Assembly (NCBI GenBank): GCA_026023565.1 | Contig: JAPETS010000044.1 | Span: forward strand, 124,001 to 188,000 | Reading direction: 5' to 3' | Length of the DNA: 64,000 nt | Source of the DNA: Cirrosporium novae-zelandiae | Lineage: Eukaryota | In this document: positions 1-13,656 of the stretch, piece after piece | Position numbering within the stretch: the stretch's first letter is position 1 | Layout of the letters: each line of letters begins with the position of its first letter | Made by a program: the position numbers and the translations under genes | The notes under the pieces: model-generated | The model's input: only the letters and a program-made list of their open reading frames with translations | Database searches by the model: none | Told to the model about the DNA's origin: nothing

Positions 1-523
1 TGTATGTGGTGTTGCCCACATCCCACATGCCAATCTAATCCAATCCAATCCAATCCACCGTGCTGGACGATAGCTATTAATATTAAAATCAATGCTAATA
101 TCAGTATCAATATCTTTAATCCAGGCAACCTCTCGTGATCGATCTGTCGATTCAATTGATGCATGGGATGTAGAGATAGCTAGGTACGTAGGTAAGTAAA
201 GGGAGATAGATAGATAGGTAGATAATGATATACACGCACATACATACTTAGTACACGCATGCATGTGGATTAGCTCAAAGATACATTCATCCTCGTCCTC
301 GTCCTCGTCCTCGTCTTCGTCTTCGTCTTCGTCCTACTCCGTCTTCGTCCTATACTCTATCCTATAGAATTAGTTTTTCGATATTTTATCTCTCCTTCTC
401 TCTCCTCGTTCTTTCTTTCTTTCTCTTTGTTTTGTTTATTTATTATATTATAGGATATAAATTTCCTACCTGTACCACACTATATACACATCCTACACAT
501 ACCGACCCCCAAACCAACAAACC

Positions 524-2656
524 ATGTCCCCCACCACCACCACCATCACCACATCCGACAAAAAACCCCCTACCTCCCCCAAATTCAAATCTCCCTCTTC
601 AATCTCTGCCACTTCCCTCCCCACCGACATCGACATCGATGTCGATATCGCCGCCGCCTACGCTTCCGATATCACAACCTACATACCGCAAGAAGCGAAA
701 CGGTTACGATGGAAGCTGGATTTGAGATTGGTGCCGTTGTTGTGGTTTAATGTTACGTTGGGGGCTATGGATAAGGTCACGACTGCTACGGCGGCTTTGT
801 GAGTTTTTTTTTTGGTTTTGGTTTTTTGGGGGGGAGGGGAGTAAAGGGGAGAATGTGTGGCTGATGGTGGTGGTGAATAATAGATATGGTATGAGAGCCG
901 ATACGGGATTAGTGGGGGAGCAATATTCTTGGGTTGCGAGTGTTTTTTACGTATGTATGACCGACCCTAGGACCGTTATACCCCAATTTCGTTTTTGTAA
1001 ATTTTCGTTGAGATCCAAAATGAACACATGCACGTTTTTGGAATAACTTTGCTGACCCACTGTGCCCTTGCACTATCCATCCATACAGTTTGGCTATCTC
1101 ATCTGGTGTTTTCCCTCGGCAATGATTCTGCAGCGCCTTCCAATCGCCAAAACGATGGCAATAGCACAAGTAATCTGGGGTATTATCCTAATAGGGACGG
1201 GATTCGCGCAGAACTTTCCAACTATGATTGCGCTGAGGTTGTTGCTGGGAATTTTGGAGGCGCCGATTATTCCTGGGAATTTGTTGGTGCTTTCAATGTG
1301 GTATACTAGAAGGTGAGTTGGTTGTTCTGTTGTTGGCTTTCGATGGCTCTGTGCATGTGTGGTGGTGGTGGTGGAGATGTTAGTGCGGAGAATAAGAGGG
1401 TTGATGGTTTTTGGGTAGTGAACAATCGCTTCGTTATGGATTGATGTATACCGGGCTTTCGGTTTGTTTTACGGGCCCTATTGGTTATGCGTATGTGCTC
1501 CCTTATGTTGCATTCGCACTCCTTGCTTGTGTTAACATAATCAGTATTGGATTCATCCACGGCGATTCACCCGAGATATGGCGTATATTCTTCTGGATCA
1601 CCGGCGGTATGACGGTAGTGTGGTCTCTCGTTCTTGGCCTTTTCCTCCCCGATAACCCAGTCAAGGCGAAATTCCTCAGCGAGCGTGAAAAGGTTATTGC
1701 CATAGATCGAGTTCGAGTTAACCAGACAGGAATCGAGAATAAGAAATTTAAGAAGGCGCAATTTATCGAGGCTATGCTAGATCCAAAAACGTGGCTGATG
1801 TTTTTCTTTAATGTTTGGGTCAATGTTCCGAATGGAGGTCTTACGAATGTGAGAAGCCTGATAGTATACCTCTTTTCTTTTATCGAGAAGCTGATTGAAT
1901 CTGGATAGTTTTCTCCCTTGATCATTAAGGGGCTGGGCTATACTTCGCAGCGCTCTACTCTCCTGACAATGCCGTGCGGAATCATGCAGACAGTTTCCAG
2001 TTACCTCTGTAACGGAAGCGTCTTCCTGGCAGCAAAGTACTTACCCAAATTGCAGCTACGCGGCTGCATCATCATATTCGGCGAGCTTGTCGGGATGATT
2101 GCTTCTACTTTTCTATATACCCTTCCACTTAACAACCTACACGGTCGACTGGGCGCCATGTACGTCTCGTACTTTTACTTGGGACCTTATATCATCTCGC
2201 TCAGCTTGGTTGGCGCAAACGTCAGCGTAAGTCCACATCAATGCCCCTATCTCAGTGCTCTCGCTCACGTGGGTCTCTAGGGTCATACGAAGAAAGTCAC
2301 AGTCAATGCTATGATTTTCCTAGCTTACTGCATCTCTAACATCATAGGCCCGCAATTCTTCAAGTCCGATCAGGCACCGCTATATCCTTTAGGTATCGGA
2401 GCAATTTTGGGCTCATACGTGCTCTCGTTGACAACCATTATTCTTTATATGATGACTTGCTGGTTTGATAATAAGAGAAGAGATGCTAGGGATGCGGCCG
2501 CCGGAGAGAGATTGCATGCTGACACGGATTTTCAAGATTTGACGGATAAAGAAAACATTGTAAGTCCTCGCCTGGAAAGAAGAACTTTATGAAATGTTAT
2601 CGCCATTCAAATAAAAGCTAACTTCATTTGAACAGCATTTCCGATATCTATGGTGA
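524..2656 (+). CDS. MFS transporter, anion:cation symporter (allantoate permease/Dal5-like), multi-exon
   Basis: Spliced ORFs give KLDLRLVP, YSWVASVFY.FGYL, LRLLLGILEA, LPDNPVKAKFL, GHTKKVT, NIIGPQFF and DLTDKEN, typical Dal5-family motifs; GT-AG introns; stop TGA at 2654-2656. Confidence 0.9.
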
Positions 2657-3362
2657 AGGGGCTATAGATGATTAGTGATAGCAGCAATTCACGACTATCA
2701 TTTAGCTGGACCCTAATGGGATAGAAACGAAAAAATAGTCTACGGCGAACCAGGGGAATCGATAAGAGCCCCAAACTGAACTCTAGACCTTCAGAGACGT
2801 CGGATCTGTCCCAGGTAAACAACCCTCAAGTCAGATGTAGTAAGGTTATCAAATCGGCCGTGGCCCGAAAGCTGAAAGAATACCTTGACAAGAGTATATT
2901 TGGGAGAAATAGAGTACCATAGAGAAGTACCAGAGAGAGTCCGAGCTTAATATTGGGGGCTGTGCATATTAACTATCTACGAATCATAAAAAAAGATGCC
3001 AAAGCGTTAATCATACGTCCATAAAATATATGTTGTTGTGAATTCTGACCAAAGGACCTGGGTTACTGTGACGAGTTAGTAGGAAGCAGTAGGGACATAA
3101 TTACAGTAGCTTCGAGCTTAGAATAATCCCCACTAGGATATATTAAAGGCGCCTTGAACGATACTTCAGGCATTGAAATCTATATCATAATCACCAAAAG
3201 ATTTACCTAGATTGTTAGTGATATTCCAATCATTTTTTCATCCCAGTCATATATTCCGATATCCGAGGCTACTGTACACGCCAGTAATCGGTACTTGACA
3301 TGCTCCCTTTGGATGCGTCGAAGAAGCGGCCCTATTCCAAGAGTACATGCATGCAATATCAC

Positions 3363-5621
3363 TTACAAACGAGAGCTTCTCGTCGATCCACAGCAATCAC
3401 CCGTAACTTTACTAGTCGCAGCGTTGAAATCTTCGTACAACACGCTTTGGTTCTTGCTCTGTATGCTCTGCGGAACATCAAGAGCAGGATTCTGTTCGAA
3501 AAATCCAGCAGGCTTAAGGCTCACCATCATGGTATCGACAGGCATCACTGGGTAATCTTCTGGACGTGGATTATGTGTCAAGCTTATGCTATGCCAAATG
3601 ACAATGTCGGCATCCTCAGTCTTGTCTTTGCGGGCAGCCCATGTAGCCACATCACCCTTACGCCCCTCTGGAGATCCTGGGCCCTCGTCTTCAGGCAAGG
3701 ACTGATATGTATAATCACCTGCGGGGTACAGCTCGCCATCACGATAAGAGGTGACCCAAAACGGATGGCGTGCGTACTTGGCTCGACGAGCATGCCAAGA
3801 CGATGGGTGGGCTAGGAGCATTTGTTTGGCGGGACTGTGTATCGCATACGCCACCGGACGGCCAGTGACGGCATTAATTTTAGAAGGATTAATGATCTTG
3901 TGAACACGACTTGGTGCTGAATCTGAAAAGGAAGACGTTGACACTGGCCTCTTCTCTGTCATAAAACCAACGCCATAAAGATTATTCTCGTCCAAGGGCA
4001 TAGGAATTGAATCTTCCTCTATGAGGGTGTTCTGTTGGCCATCTATCGATGGATCGATTCGCAAACAGAAGACTTACGAACAACTCGTTAGTTTTTGTAT
4101 CAAAGAAGATGGTAGGAGCATACGAGTCTTACCATGCTGATGATATGGTGCCAAAACGCCTTTGTTAACATTCGTGCCCCATGGAACCTGGACCCCTGGG
4201 TCAATTGGGGCCGTAGAAAGGATCCCGGTGGCCTGGATTTGGTATTCCAAGCCAGCCGCCTGATCCAGATGCCAGGCAAAAATATAATCATAATTACCAA
4301 CTGTGATAATTGTTTGCAAGACCAGAACGCGGGAACGTGTTATGGAAATGAGACCATTGCGGGTATTAGTATGTTTCCAGCCAATGCCATTGTCAATCTC
4401 GTGCATGCAAACTGCATTTGGTTTCTCCACCGGATTACCATTAGAGTCGCTGACAACGAAAGAAAAATACTTGATGAGGCCCAAACAATCACATCCAAGC
4501 TTCAGGTTGTTCGCCGCAACACCAGCACCCACATCGCCAAAATCAAATACACTCTTTCTATGATATGGTGACCTGGGATCCCCGTATGGGACATACATCT
4601 CCGTTAAGCTAAGTCGGTGAAATAATTCGCGGCCGTCATAAGTCACGTCATGTAGAACCTAATGAACTATTAACTTTTACGATAAATCATGAAGGGCAAT
4701 GCATACCATTCCCTCACGCCAATTGAATCCTAGTCGAAACCTCCACTTTTGCCAAGTTATGAGCTGTCCATCTATCCCAAAAGATGCACCCTGTACCTGA
4801 TGAACAGTCAAGGGCTTGAGATCAGCACGTGGGGGGTTCGGTTGTAAGTCTTGATGGTATTCCTTTGCTACATGAGGTTCGTATTCGGAATCAGGGTTGG
4901 CTTGAGCGCCGGCGCCGGTTGGAAGACGTATAATATCGGTTAGTTCTTTAGTTTCGACGTCAAATATTGGGGAAAACTGAAGTGGGTGGTCATAGTGATT
5001 CGATGCTGGATGGTTAGTACTTGGGTTTCGAGTGTACAGATAGCACTACATGATTATTAGCAGTCTAACATATCTAGAAGAATTGGCATGATATACCTGT
5101 ATAAGGCGATGGCCCATATCACCATTGTCTCGCCCATATGACCAGGTATCACACACTACTTCTGTACCTTCGGGAAGTTTGAAGCGTTTGATTTCTTCCA
5201 AAACCTTGGGATGTTTAAGACACAGGTCTCTGATGACGACCAGCTCATCGATATCACCCTGGGCATGATAACGTTTGTCCAATAGTTCAATATGCTCAAT
5301 GCGCTTCGTTGACAAGTTGATCTGAGCCAAAAAAAGGTCAGCAGTTCCACGATGATAGTATAGCGCATTGGCACGCCGCTCCAGCAGTGGTCGATGTGAG
5401 GAGCCAGATCGTTCTGCCGTTAGGTATGGGACAAGTTGTTTTTTCGGCGGTTCAATGATGTTGATAAACTTGAAATGCAGGCTATGTTGTGATTCTTTAT
5501 TTTTCAGAAGGGTCGATATCTGAATCACCTCGCTTGCTGTCAATGGATCGAGAGGATGTCCTCCCATAGGAGCGGTAGGGGAGAGGCGTCGCAATGAGTT
5601 GGGTGGAACTTGTAATGCCAT
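3363..5621 (-). CDS. Copper amine oxidase (TPQ-dependent) with C-terminal peroxisomal PTS1 (-SRL)
   Basis: HPLDPLT N-terminus, NNLKLGCDCLG, TVGNYDYIF (TPQ consensus), HQH and THNPRPEDYPVMP copper-ligand motifs; 3 introns; ends SSRL; an alternative start at MGGHP (about 5567) is possible. Confidence 0.95.
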
Positions 5622-5729
5622 TGTATTTGAAATTCTGCTCTATACTCATCCATCTCCTCACAAGAGGGCGACAGATGAATTATTTCAACCATGATGAAAT
5701 ACTTGGTGAGTCAATAAGTGGGGGGTGGG

Positions 5730-5970
5730 GTAACGATAAAGATAACGTGGGGCCTGTTCCTGAGGCGGAAATGTCCTATTGATCTGCAGGGTGGAAGCTT
5801 GGACTTGCTATATGCGGAGTAGCCGGAGTTTAGGTTTTAGGTTGTTTCAAAGCTTCTGATTGGCGGTACGCTTATCTTATCTGTTTATAAAAATTACCTG
5901 CCGACGATAAGATGCGAAGTACGTCACTCCATTATCTGGCGTGCCCTTCCTATTTGGGTCTGATAGGTCC
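5730..5970. promoter_or_regulatory. Cluster of HGATAR (AreA/NIT2-type) sites plus a CGGAGT direct repeat upstream of the amine oxidase
   Basis: About 7 GATAA/TTATC/GATAG sites within about 230 bp (cgataaagataac, cttatcttatct, cgataag, ttatct, tgatag); CGGAGT at 5815 and 5824. Confidence 0.5.
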
Positions 5971-6044
5971 ACATTCTAGACAATCCAAATACTGGAGGAT
6001 TGAAAAAACCTAACAATTGATTTATAATATGAGATGCTAGCCAT

Positions 6045-7198
6045 TCAGAATATACCAACTAATGGATCTTTTTGATCAAAATCATAGGCGTTCCCAAACG
6101 GTTTATTGAGATAGCCCTCTTCAACACTTTTCGCGGGGATGAAGTCTGCTTGAATTTGTAGGTCTGATCCCTTCTCTTCTAATTCTGCCTTGAGCTCTTG
6201 TGCAAATTGGACCTTCATTTCGTTTCTGGGTGTATTGGAGGTTAGTTTCAACTTGGAGAAAGAAAACAAAATTCAAACATACCTATACCATGGTGCAAAA
6301 TGTATCATGGCCAACATAACCCTAACAGCTTCACTATAATTTGGCTTTCCTGCATGCCACAGCCTCAAATCCCTCACCACAATGCTTCCTTTTTTGACTA
6401 CCGGTTGACTCGGTGCTCTTTCTTCTCTCCTGTTCCTCAAAAGTTCTTCCTTAATCCTTCCGCTCGCCCGTTCTCCATGTGCTCCCTCCTGACAATTAAT
6501 TCCTGACCCTGTATGTGTGCCGAGCCAGACTTCGGTACTTCCGTTTTCAATGTTCATGTCTATGAGAGGAATGTTAATGACAAGAGCGAATGGGCAGCTG
6601 GGGTGATCAATGTCAGCATCTGAGTGAACAGGTTGGGATTGTGGGGGAGAGTTGGCAGCTGGGGGAAGTGCCGAGTTTCCAGAAACAAAGGAGAGGCGGG
6701 GTTTAGGACCAAGGACAGATGTTGTTACTTGTGTTGCGATAGGGTTGAGGAAAATGGAAGAATTGAAATAGGTAGGAGTCATCGGAGGGTCCTGTTGAAT
6801 GTTTCTATGTCATAACCAGGGAGTCAAAACTTCTGTGGTTATTGCAAGAGGGCAGATTCACAGCTGTAGAGCATGTGTTTGACGGACCCTTTATTGTAAT
6901 TGAATGGACCAGAGTCCCCCAGTGCTTGTAGCGTACGTGCATCCTGTACCATCTTTTCATTCAAGAAATCAAGGTCTTGATTCTCAAGAACGTTCTCAAG
7001 TACAACGAGTCCATCGCGGTGAATGGCTCGAGTTGCCAGTTCGAGGTTTTGCCATGTGAGACTGCCTGAGTCCTTCTCCTTCTGAGAAACTTGAACGGAT
7101 AATGGAATGGATGAGAGGACCCCTCGTGTATGACAATAATGGTCATATGATTTGGCTGTTCCTAGGAACGCTTTATTTAGTGGAAGTCTGGAGAACAT
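6045..7198 (-). CDS. PhyH-family 2OG/Fe(II) dioxygenase (kanamycin B dioxygenase-like fungal group)
   Basis: HRDGLVVLENV, QPVHSDAD (HxD), NGSTEVWLGTH, RDLRLWHAG (distal His), RVMLAMIHFAPWYR; 2 introns; N-terminus MFSRLPLNKAF resembles a mitochondrial presequence. Confidence 0.88.
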
Positions 7199-7766
7199 GA
7201 TGAAGTTGTGGTTAACCAGCAAGCTAGAAGAATGCAATAGTGGAGAATCATACACTCGTTTATTAGGGACTGGATAGTTCCCTTTATAGGTAATCAATTG
7301 AGTATATTCGTATTAAATATCCATTTTCTAATATGATTAAAGAAATTCGATCTAGATGAACCTTGGGGAATATTACGGGGGGGGTACCCATTAATCCTCG
7401 AATTATTCAAGGATAAAATGGTCAGTGCACGCTAACCTTGTTTAGCTAACTTCTATTATACAATTCGCTAAATTACCGAGATTTTCTTCTGAATGTTAAG
7501 AAAAGACTAAAACAACTGGAAAATACGGGTTATAATACAAACAACTAATACGCAGCTGACGCAGTGATATTTTTGGATTAACGAGTACATGCTCGCCTAC
7601 ACTAACCGTTAATAGCTAGCGTTAGCGAACTGCGGAGCGAGCATATAATGGGAACCTACTCGACCGTGGCAAGAGACATATCTTTTAAAACATTTCGTAA
7701 ATAGCATTCCCTAGCATTCCCACTTTATGAACTTTGAAACACGCTTCTATGGATACGTGATACCAA

Positions 7767-9518
7767 ATGCCGAGAAAGGCCCCTAAAAATTGTTTGTCAC
7801 TACCTCTCTTATGCTGCCTGTAACTATCAAAGGCTAACCATGTAATTGCAGCATGGTAGGCTGTCTCAGTCCATTTCATAGCGAAGGAAATGGCTCAAAA
7901 TAACGGACAGTGCAACATGTCGCCACCGAAAGGTCAAGTGTACGTTTTCGTTCCATAGCAAGCCCAATTTGGGTCATGGGTTAAGGACTTCTAACTAAAC
8001 ATCCAGGCGACGGACTTACCCCAGTATGCCAGAACTGCATCCGGCTGCAATTAAGCTGCAAGAGACCTGGGCCAGAGTTCAAGTTCATTATTCATACCGA
8101 CAACCCATCTCGTCGGGATGTACTAGAGACTCCACCATCCCCCCCTACTTCTGAGGGAAGTGTAGCTCCATCCAAGGCAATCCCAAAATCACCCGAAGAT
8201 GGGCTAGGACAGGCCACATACCTAGCCTCTTTAAAACCGAGGCTGGCTCTCCAACACTCCACCATTGTCCGCTTTTTCCATCATTATGTCAATGTTCTCG
8301 CTCCGTGGTATGATTTGAACGATTCTAGTAGAACTTTCGGTACAGTTGTACCAATAAGAGCCCTAGATACGCCTATTTTATTCAAGGCTATCATTGCATT
8401 TTCTGCCAGTCATTGGTCCATAGAAGATTTGGCTCCCCCTTTAGCACAAGCATTCCACACAGCTTGTGTCAAAGATCTATTGGCTGTCATGAGGAATCCG
8501 CACGAGTCCCATGGCGATTACTTGGCAGCTACCTGTCTACTCCGATCATATGAGATACTTAATGGTATGGTTGAGAAATATTATTAATTCTGTTTCTGAC
8601 ATCTCGCAGGTGATACTAGAGGAAATCAACGACACCTACTTGGGGCTTATTCATTTGCTGTAACAGGAAACATTGATCTATCAACCTGGGGTCTTCTACA
8701 AGCTGGTGTTTGGAACTATCTTCGTGAAGAAATTACCGTAGGCCTAGAGTGCCGTCGACCAGTCAGAATTAGTACCGACTTTCCAGATTTCCAACCTGAT
8801 GCTAATGTTCAAGACGACATGAAGGCAAATCTCATTACATATATCTTGGCTCGAATTATAAATTTCTGTTTTCACGGCCATCACGATTCGCCTCTCCCAA
8901 TCCAGAAGGAAAGGATTGCTGAATGGGAAGGCCTGCGGATGAAGCTTACACTTTGGACGCAGAATCTGCCTTCAAGCTTTGAACCGATCTCAACTGCCTG
9001 TGCCACTGAAAATTTGTTTCCATCGTTTTGGATGCTTGCTCCATGGCATGGTAAGATAAAGTTTTCTTAACAAACTAGGGGCGTCCCCCGACGGTCCAAA
9101 TAGCTGATATATTAGTAGTCAGTTCATTACAATATGCTTCAATAGCCGAGATTCTGTTAGCGCTCTATGATCCTCTATACCAAGAGAGCCTTGAACCTTC
9201 CATCCGGCAAGTATCTTTGGATTTTATCCAAGAACATGTACTACGAGTTTGTGGGCTTGCATGGACAAACAAAGATGTCGCCGCCAGAGTCAACGCATTT
9301 GGCCCTCTATCTTTCTGTGGGTCTCTGATTAGTTGATATATTGGTAGAAAAACTGACTGAATCTTACAATAGGTGGTCGGTATTTGATCCACAAAGACCA
9401 GCAGCAATTCTTGGAAAAAATGCTTCTCGATTTTACAGTCGATACAGCTTGGCCAGTCCATTGCATTATCAGTGATCTCAAAGAATGCTGGGCTAGAAAA
9501 GAAGCTGCTTATGACTGA
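7767..9518 (+). CDS. Zn(II)2Cys6 transcription factor
   Basis: Spliced N-terminus MPRKAPKNSCATCRHRKVKCDGLTPVCQNCIRLQLSC (exons 7767-7791, 7852-7855, 7911-7939, 8007-); later LAPWYDLND, LAATCLLRSYE, WNYLREEI, VNAFGPLSFC; stop at 9516-9518. Confidence 0.88.
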
Positions 9519-10783
9519 GATATTGTGCGCAATTACCAAAATCTCATTTTATAAAAAAAGCACAGGACTAGCAGAAACGGAGCTTTAATTCTCTATGCAA
9601 AAGTCCAGGACGACCTATCTTTGGTCTCCTATGCTCACCCGAGCCAAGCCAAAGGTCCGAATCCCTTTGCCTTGAGAGAGGATTTTCGAATGACCATTGA
9701 ATGTGGAAGTGGGATTCAGTGAGGAGCGAGAGCAAGTGAGCAAATTGGTTTATATACAAAATAGTGGGTTCCCGCAGTACCACATACTGTACAGACCACT
9801 GGTTAAAACTTTGATGCCCAGTCAACAGAAAGATTCTCGAAGCATCAATCAACCAGCTTTGTGGAACCACTTCGAGTGAGAATTTCCATATTACGATAAT
9901 TAATTATCACCATGATTATTGTTTCTTGGTATAGTAAAGCGATGAGGCGCAGTATACCGGCAAGTTCCTAATCCACGTAGCTACCAGGGATGTTATTTCT
10001 TCCCCACTAACTGATCAACCATCTAAGCTTTTTTTGATAAGATAAGGCTTGGATGTGGTTTAAATTTCATAGGCCTCTGAGAATGTGTAACCTTTCTCCC
10101 CAAATAAATATCTCTGTTGAAGATCCGAGCCATGGACTGGGATTTTAAGTCGCAGAGGGAACGAGGAACTCGATCCTTCAGCCTTAGTGTCTTGTCGACC
10201 AGTCGCTTACTTTTTCAACTCTCCGAGTGGACATTCTATTCGCTATCGATCCCTACAGGTTTCCCCTCCAGGAAGAATACGAGTCAATCGAACCAAACCC
10301 CACAACTCCATCATTTAGCTTAATTTTGATCTAATTCGTTCGCACCAATGGGTATGAGGATTATCCAGAAGCCCATCGCAACCTACCCCCCCATCCCAAG
10401 AATTCTTAGCCGACCGGAGATTTCACTTGGAACTATGCTACATTTCTGTCGGCGAGGCCTCGTCATAACACTGAAAGTCCTAGACCTTGGGGGGCTTTGA
10501 ACGGGACTACCTACGGGGTGTGACGGCAGAAGAACACTAGCGCTCTTGGGAGTCGAACCCAACCTGGTATTTATGGCATCCGACAACTGCAACATCTCCT
10601 GTTACTTTTCTGATAATACCCCTATGTGAATATGAAGAGGGTTGATGACCTTTTGACAAAATAAACAGCAGATCAAATTCAAATGATATTGTAAAGATAC
10701 CGTCAATTGTAGGTCATTAGAAGATGTCTAAAGCACCACTAAAAGCTACCCATGATAGACGACTCCTACACATCCGGCTTAGA

Positions 10784-10883
10784 CAGCATTTTCGATGGAC
10801 CAGACCGATCAGACCGACCCCCTTAGTCTGGTCGGTCTAAGGTCTATAGACCGTCTATTTAGTCTGGTCCATCGACAACGCTG
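10784..10883. mobile_element. 100-bp hAT-type MITE with 8-bp TSD
   Basis: Imperfect TIRs cagcattttcgatggaccagac / gtctggtccatcgacaacgctg, flanked by the direct repeat GGCTTAGA (10776-10783 and 10884-10891). Confidence 0.85.
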
Positions 10884-13656
10884 GGCTTAGAATTTCCTTT
10901 TTTTGTTCCTTATATCAATAGGTCTCTCCCATTATTTTAGCTAATATTTATTTTGTTTGCTTGTACGTTTATTATTAGTTTTATATCCTTATTATTTTCA
11001 TCGCCTATCCATTTATCCATCGCCATAACTCTCGGTAGCAGATGATGATGTCGTCTCTCTTCAGCAGTGACCCCTTAATTCCCTTAGCCCCCCCTCCCCT
11101 TAACCCTACAACCACCGTTTCGACCCTAATAACTCTTATATCCCTTACCTCTTTCCCAGCATTACTCCTAGCAAAGAATAAAATGAAATAAGAATAATAA
11201 ATCCCCAGTAAACTATAAATACTAGAACCTATATCCAAACACCCATCCATCCATCCATGATTATATCACCCTGCACAAGCCGGCCCCCATGATAAACAAT
11301 AACCCAATTATCCTACATACATACATACATATCCATACATATATCCAAACAACCATGACCTTCCTTCACAACTAACAATCTAATAATCTAAACCAGAACT
11401 TTTTAAAACCCGCTGCTGACATCAGCACTTCACTCTCCTCTCCTCCAGCTAGATCGGTCCAACTCCAACCCCAGAACCGACTTATCAAATTTACCCCACC
11501 CCACCCCACCCATCCCCCAGATCCACCAACCCAGAAAAAACAACTACCCCAAACTCCGCTTGTTACAAATTTGTCTATTTAGGCTGGTTGGAGTAGTTTT
11601 GCAATTAAAACACAGACCTCGCCTCACTGACGGGTATATCTAATCTACTGTATAGGTAGTTAGTTATTTCTTAGACTTAGTAAATAAGAATCTTTCTTAT
11701 AAACCCACACAGACGCACACATCCTTTGTTGTATAACTTGCCTTCTTATAACTAATACTGTTGCAGAGATAGAATATTGATTTTAGTATGTTGCCCTCCG
11801 AGGCCCCCTCGAACCGGTGTGTAGGGGATGTTATAGTCTATATTCGATGTTATATAGAAGATGGAAGGTCAAAAGGTCAAAGAAAGAAGCCATGGTCAGG
11901 TCACTCGGTAGCGTAATTCTGGTAAACATCCATATTGCGTACCTTCATGCTCCATATCCTATTACTATAGCAAATACATAAATTTGAATTATGAAGAGTG
12001 GTATATATACTATTAGCCGATTTTGTCCTTTTTTTTATGGAATGGAATATATATCCCCTGGGTTGGTTTTTAGGGTTTGTGTGAAATGTGGGAGAAAGGG
12101 AATCTAGGGGGGAGTTTCTAAGGGGGGGGGGTAATATGGTAATTAGGTATCTAACCTTGCCTCTATTTAATGCACAACGACGAACAACAACAACGACTAA
12201 TGACCAAAAGAATCGGCTAGATCTTAGTTGACCCAAAGTTTAGGTAAAATCTTATCCACGTAGGTAGATATATATATATATATATTTTATTTTATTTTAG
12301 ATTAGATTGGAAAATAATAAGTTAAATGTCAGTGGGATTGTGTAGAGATGATAGAAAAAAAAGATTGGAAGTGCGTTAGAAGGCAAACCAACACTTCTCC
12401 CCTACCTATGTAACCAACTCAAAAAAACGACATAGGATATCCCTTACTTGAGTTGGATAGGATAGGATACCCGGTGTTAGGATATATCTATAGGCTAGCT
12501 ACGCCATAATAGAGTAAAAGTGAGTGAGTGAGTCAGTGGGGGGTTTTTAAAAAATACTTTTTCTAAAGTGTTCTGTGTTTTGTATGGGTTATTATATATT
12601 ATTTACGTCGACCGACCAGACGGTTTTGTCGATTCCTTTTCCTTCCCTTCCCTTCCTTTCCTCGACAACCCTAACCACCCAAATTCCCCCTCCCTCCACA
12701 CATACCCCAGCACATCCTCAAATGCCCCCTACCTGTATCTCCAATATAGCTTTTCTATATTCTTCTTCGCAGACGTAGGGGTCGGGGATGGGGAGCTTGG
12801 GGGCCTTTGGGGATAGGGAGGAGGGGGTACAGGAGGAAATTATGGGGATTTGAGGTAGAGGAAAGTGGTGATTAGGGGGAATGGGAGGGTAAAGTGGTGG
12901 TGGTGGCGAGGTGGGTGGTTAGGGGAGGGGGGGAGCGGAAGAGGGGGAAGATGTCTGTGAAATGTTTCCCCTGTGGTGGGGTGGGAGTGTTATGTTTGGG
13001 GGGTTGGGGTTGATCTTGGTCTTGATGGGTGGGATTGGGGATGTACTGGTATCGGATGGTTTTCCTATATCGCGATTTGGATTTGATCAGTTCTCCGTTT
13101 GTCATCGCCATTGCTCTTAAGCAGTTAGGATGAGGTTTATCTGTTACTAATGACTAGGCTTCTTTTTTTTTTCTCCTTGGGGTTGCGGTTTTCGATGGAG
13201 TCTTGGGAAATCTATGCCCCCGCCCATTAACGTGGGAGTGGATAAGAGGAGTTTGTTGATATACATATTAGCTTGGGTTCCAGTGAGCAGGATGTGTTTG
13301 GATTATTTATCGGAAACTTTTGTTTGGGAATCCTTTGTTGGTTATATTTGCTGTGGTCCCTTTGCTTTGGGCTTTATTAGGGGAGGGGGGGAGTAGGAAG
13401 TACGGAGATAGGCGATGTTCTTGATGGATGATATCTGATATGCTAGATGGCTGTTAGATAGATTTTAGTGACTTTATTCTTGGTTTCGATGGGATATGGA
13501 ATAGTCTCATATACGAATCGACTATTTTCCATTTCAATTAGATAAAGCCTGGTCTTTGAAATATCTAGTCTATGTTTATCGATCTCTGTCTCCGATTCGC
13601 TTATCGGTTGGAGGTAGTCTAGTGATGCGTATGTTGAAATAGCGATATATATATTT

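Noticed and set aside
10538..10625. tRNA-like T-arm (ttggg-ttcgact-cccaa) on the minus strand
   Set aside because: No convincing acceptor, D or anticodon stems; at most a degraded tRNA/SINE fragment. tRNAscan-SE would decide.
10900..13600. Short ORFs in low-complexity DNA
   Set aside because: Homopolymer- and microsatellite-driven ORFs without domain motifs or splice structure
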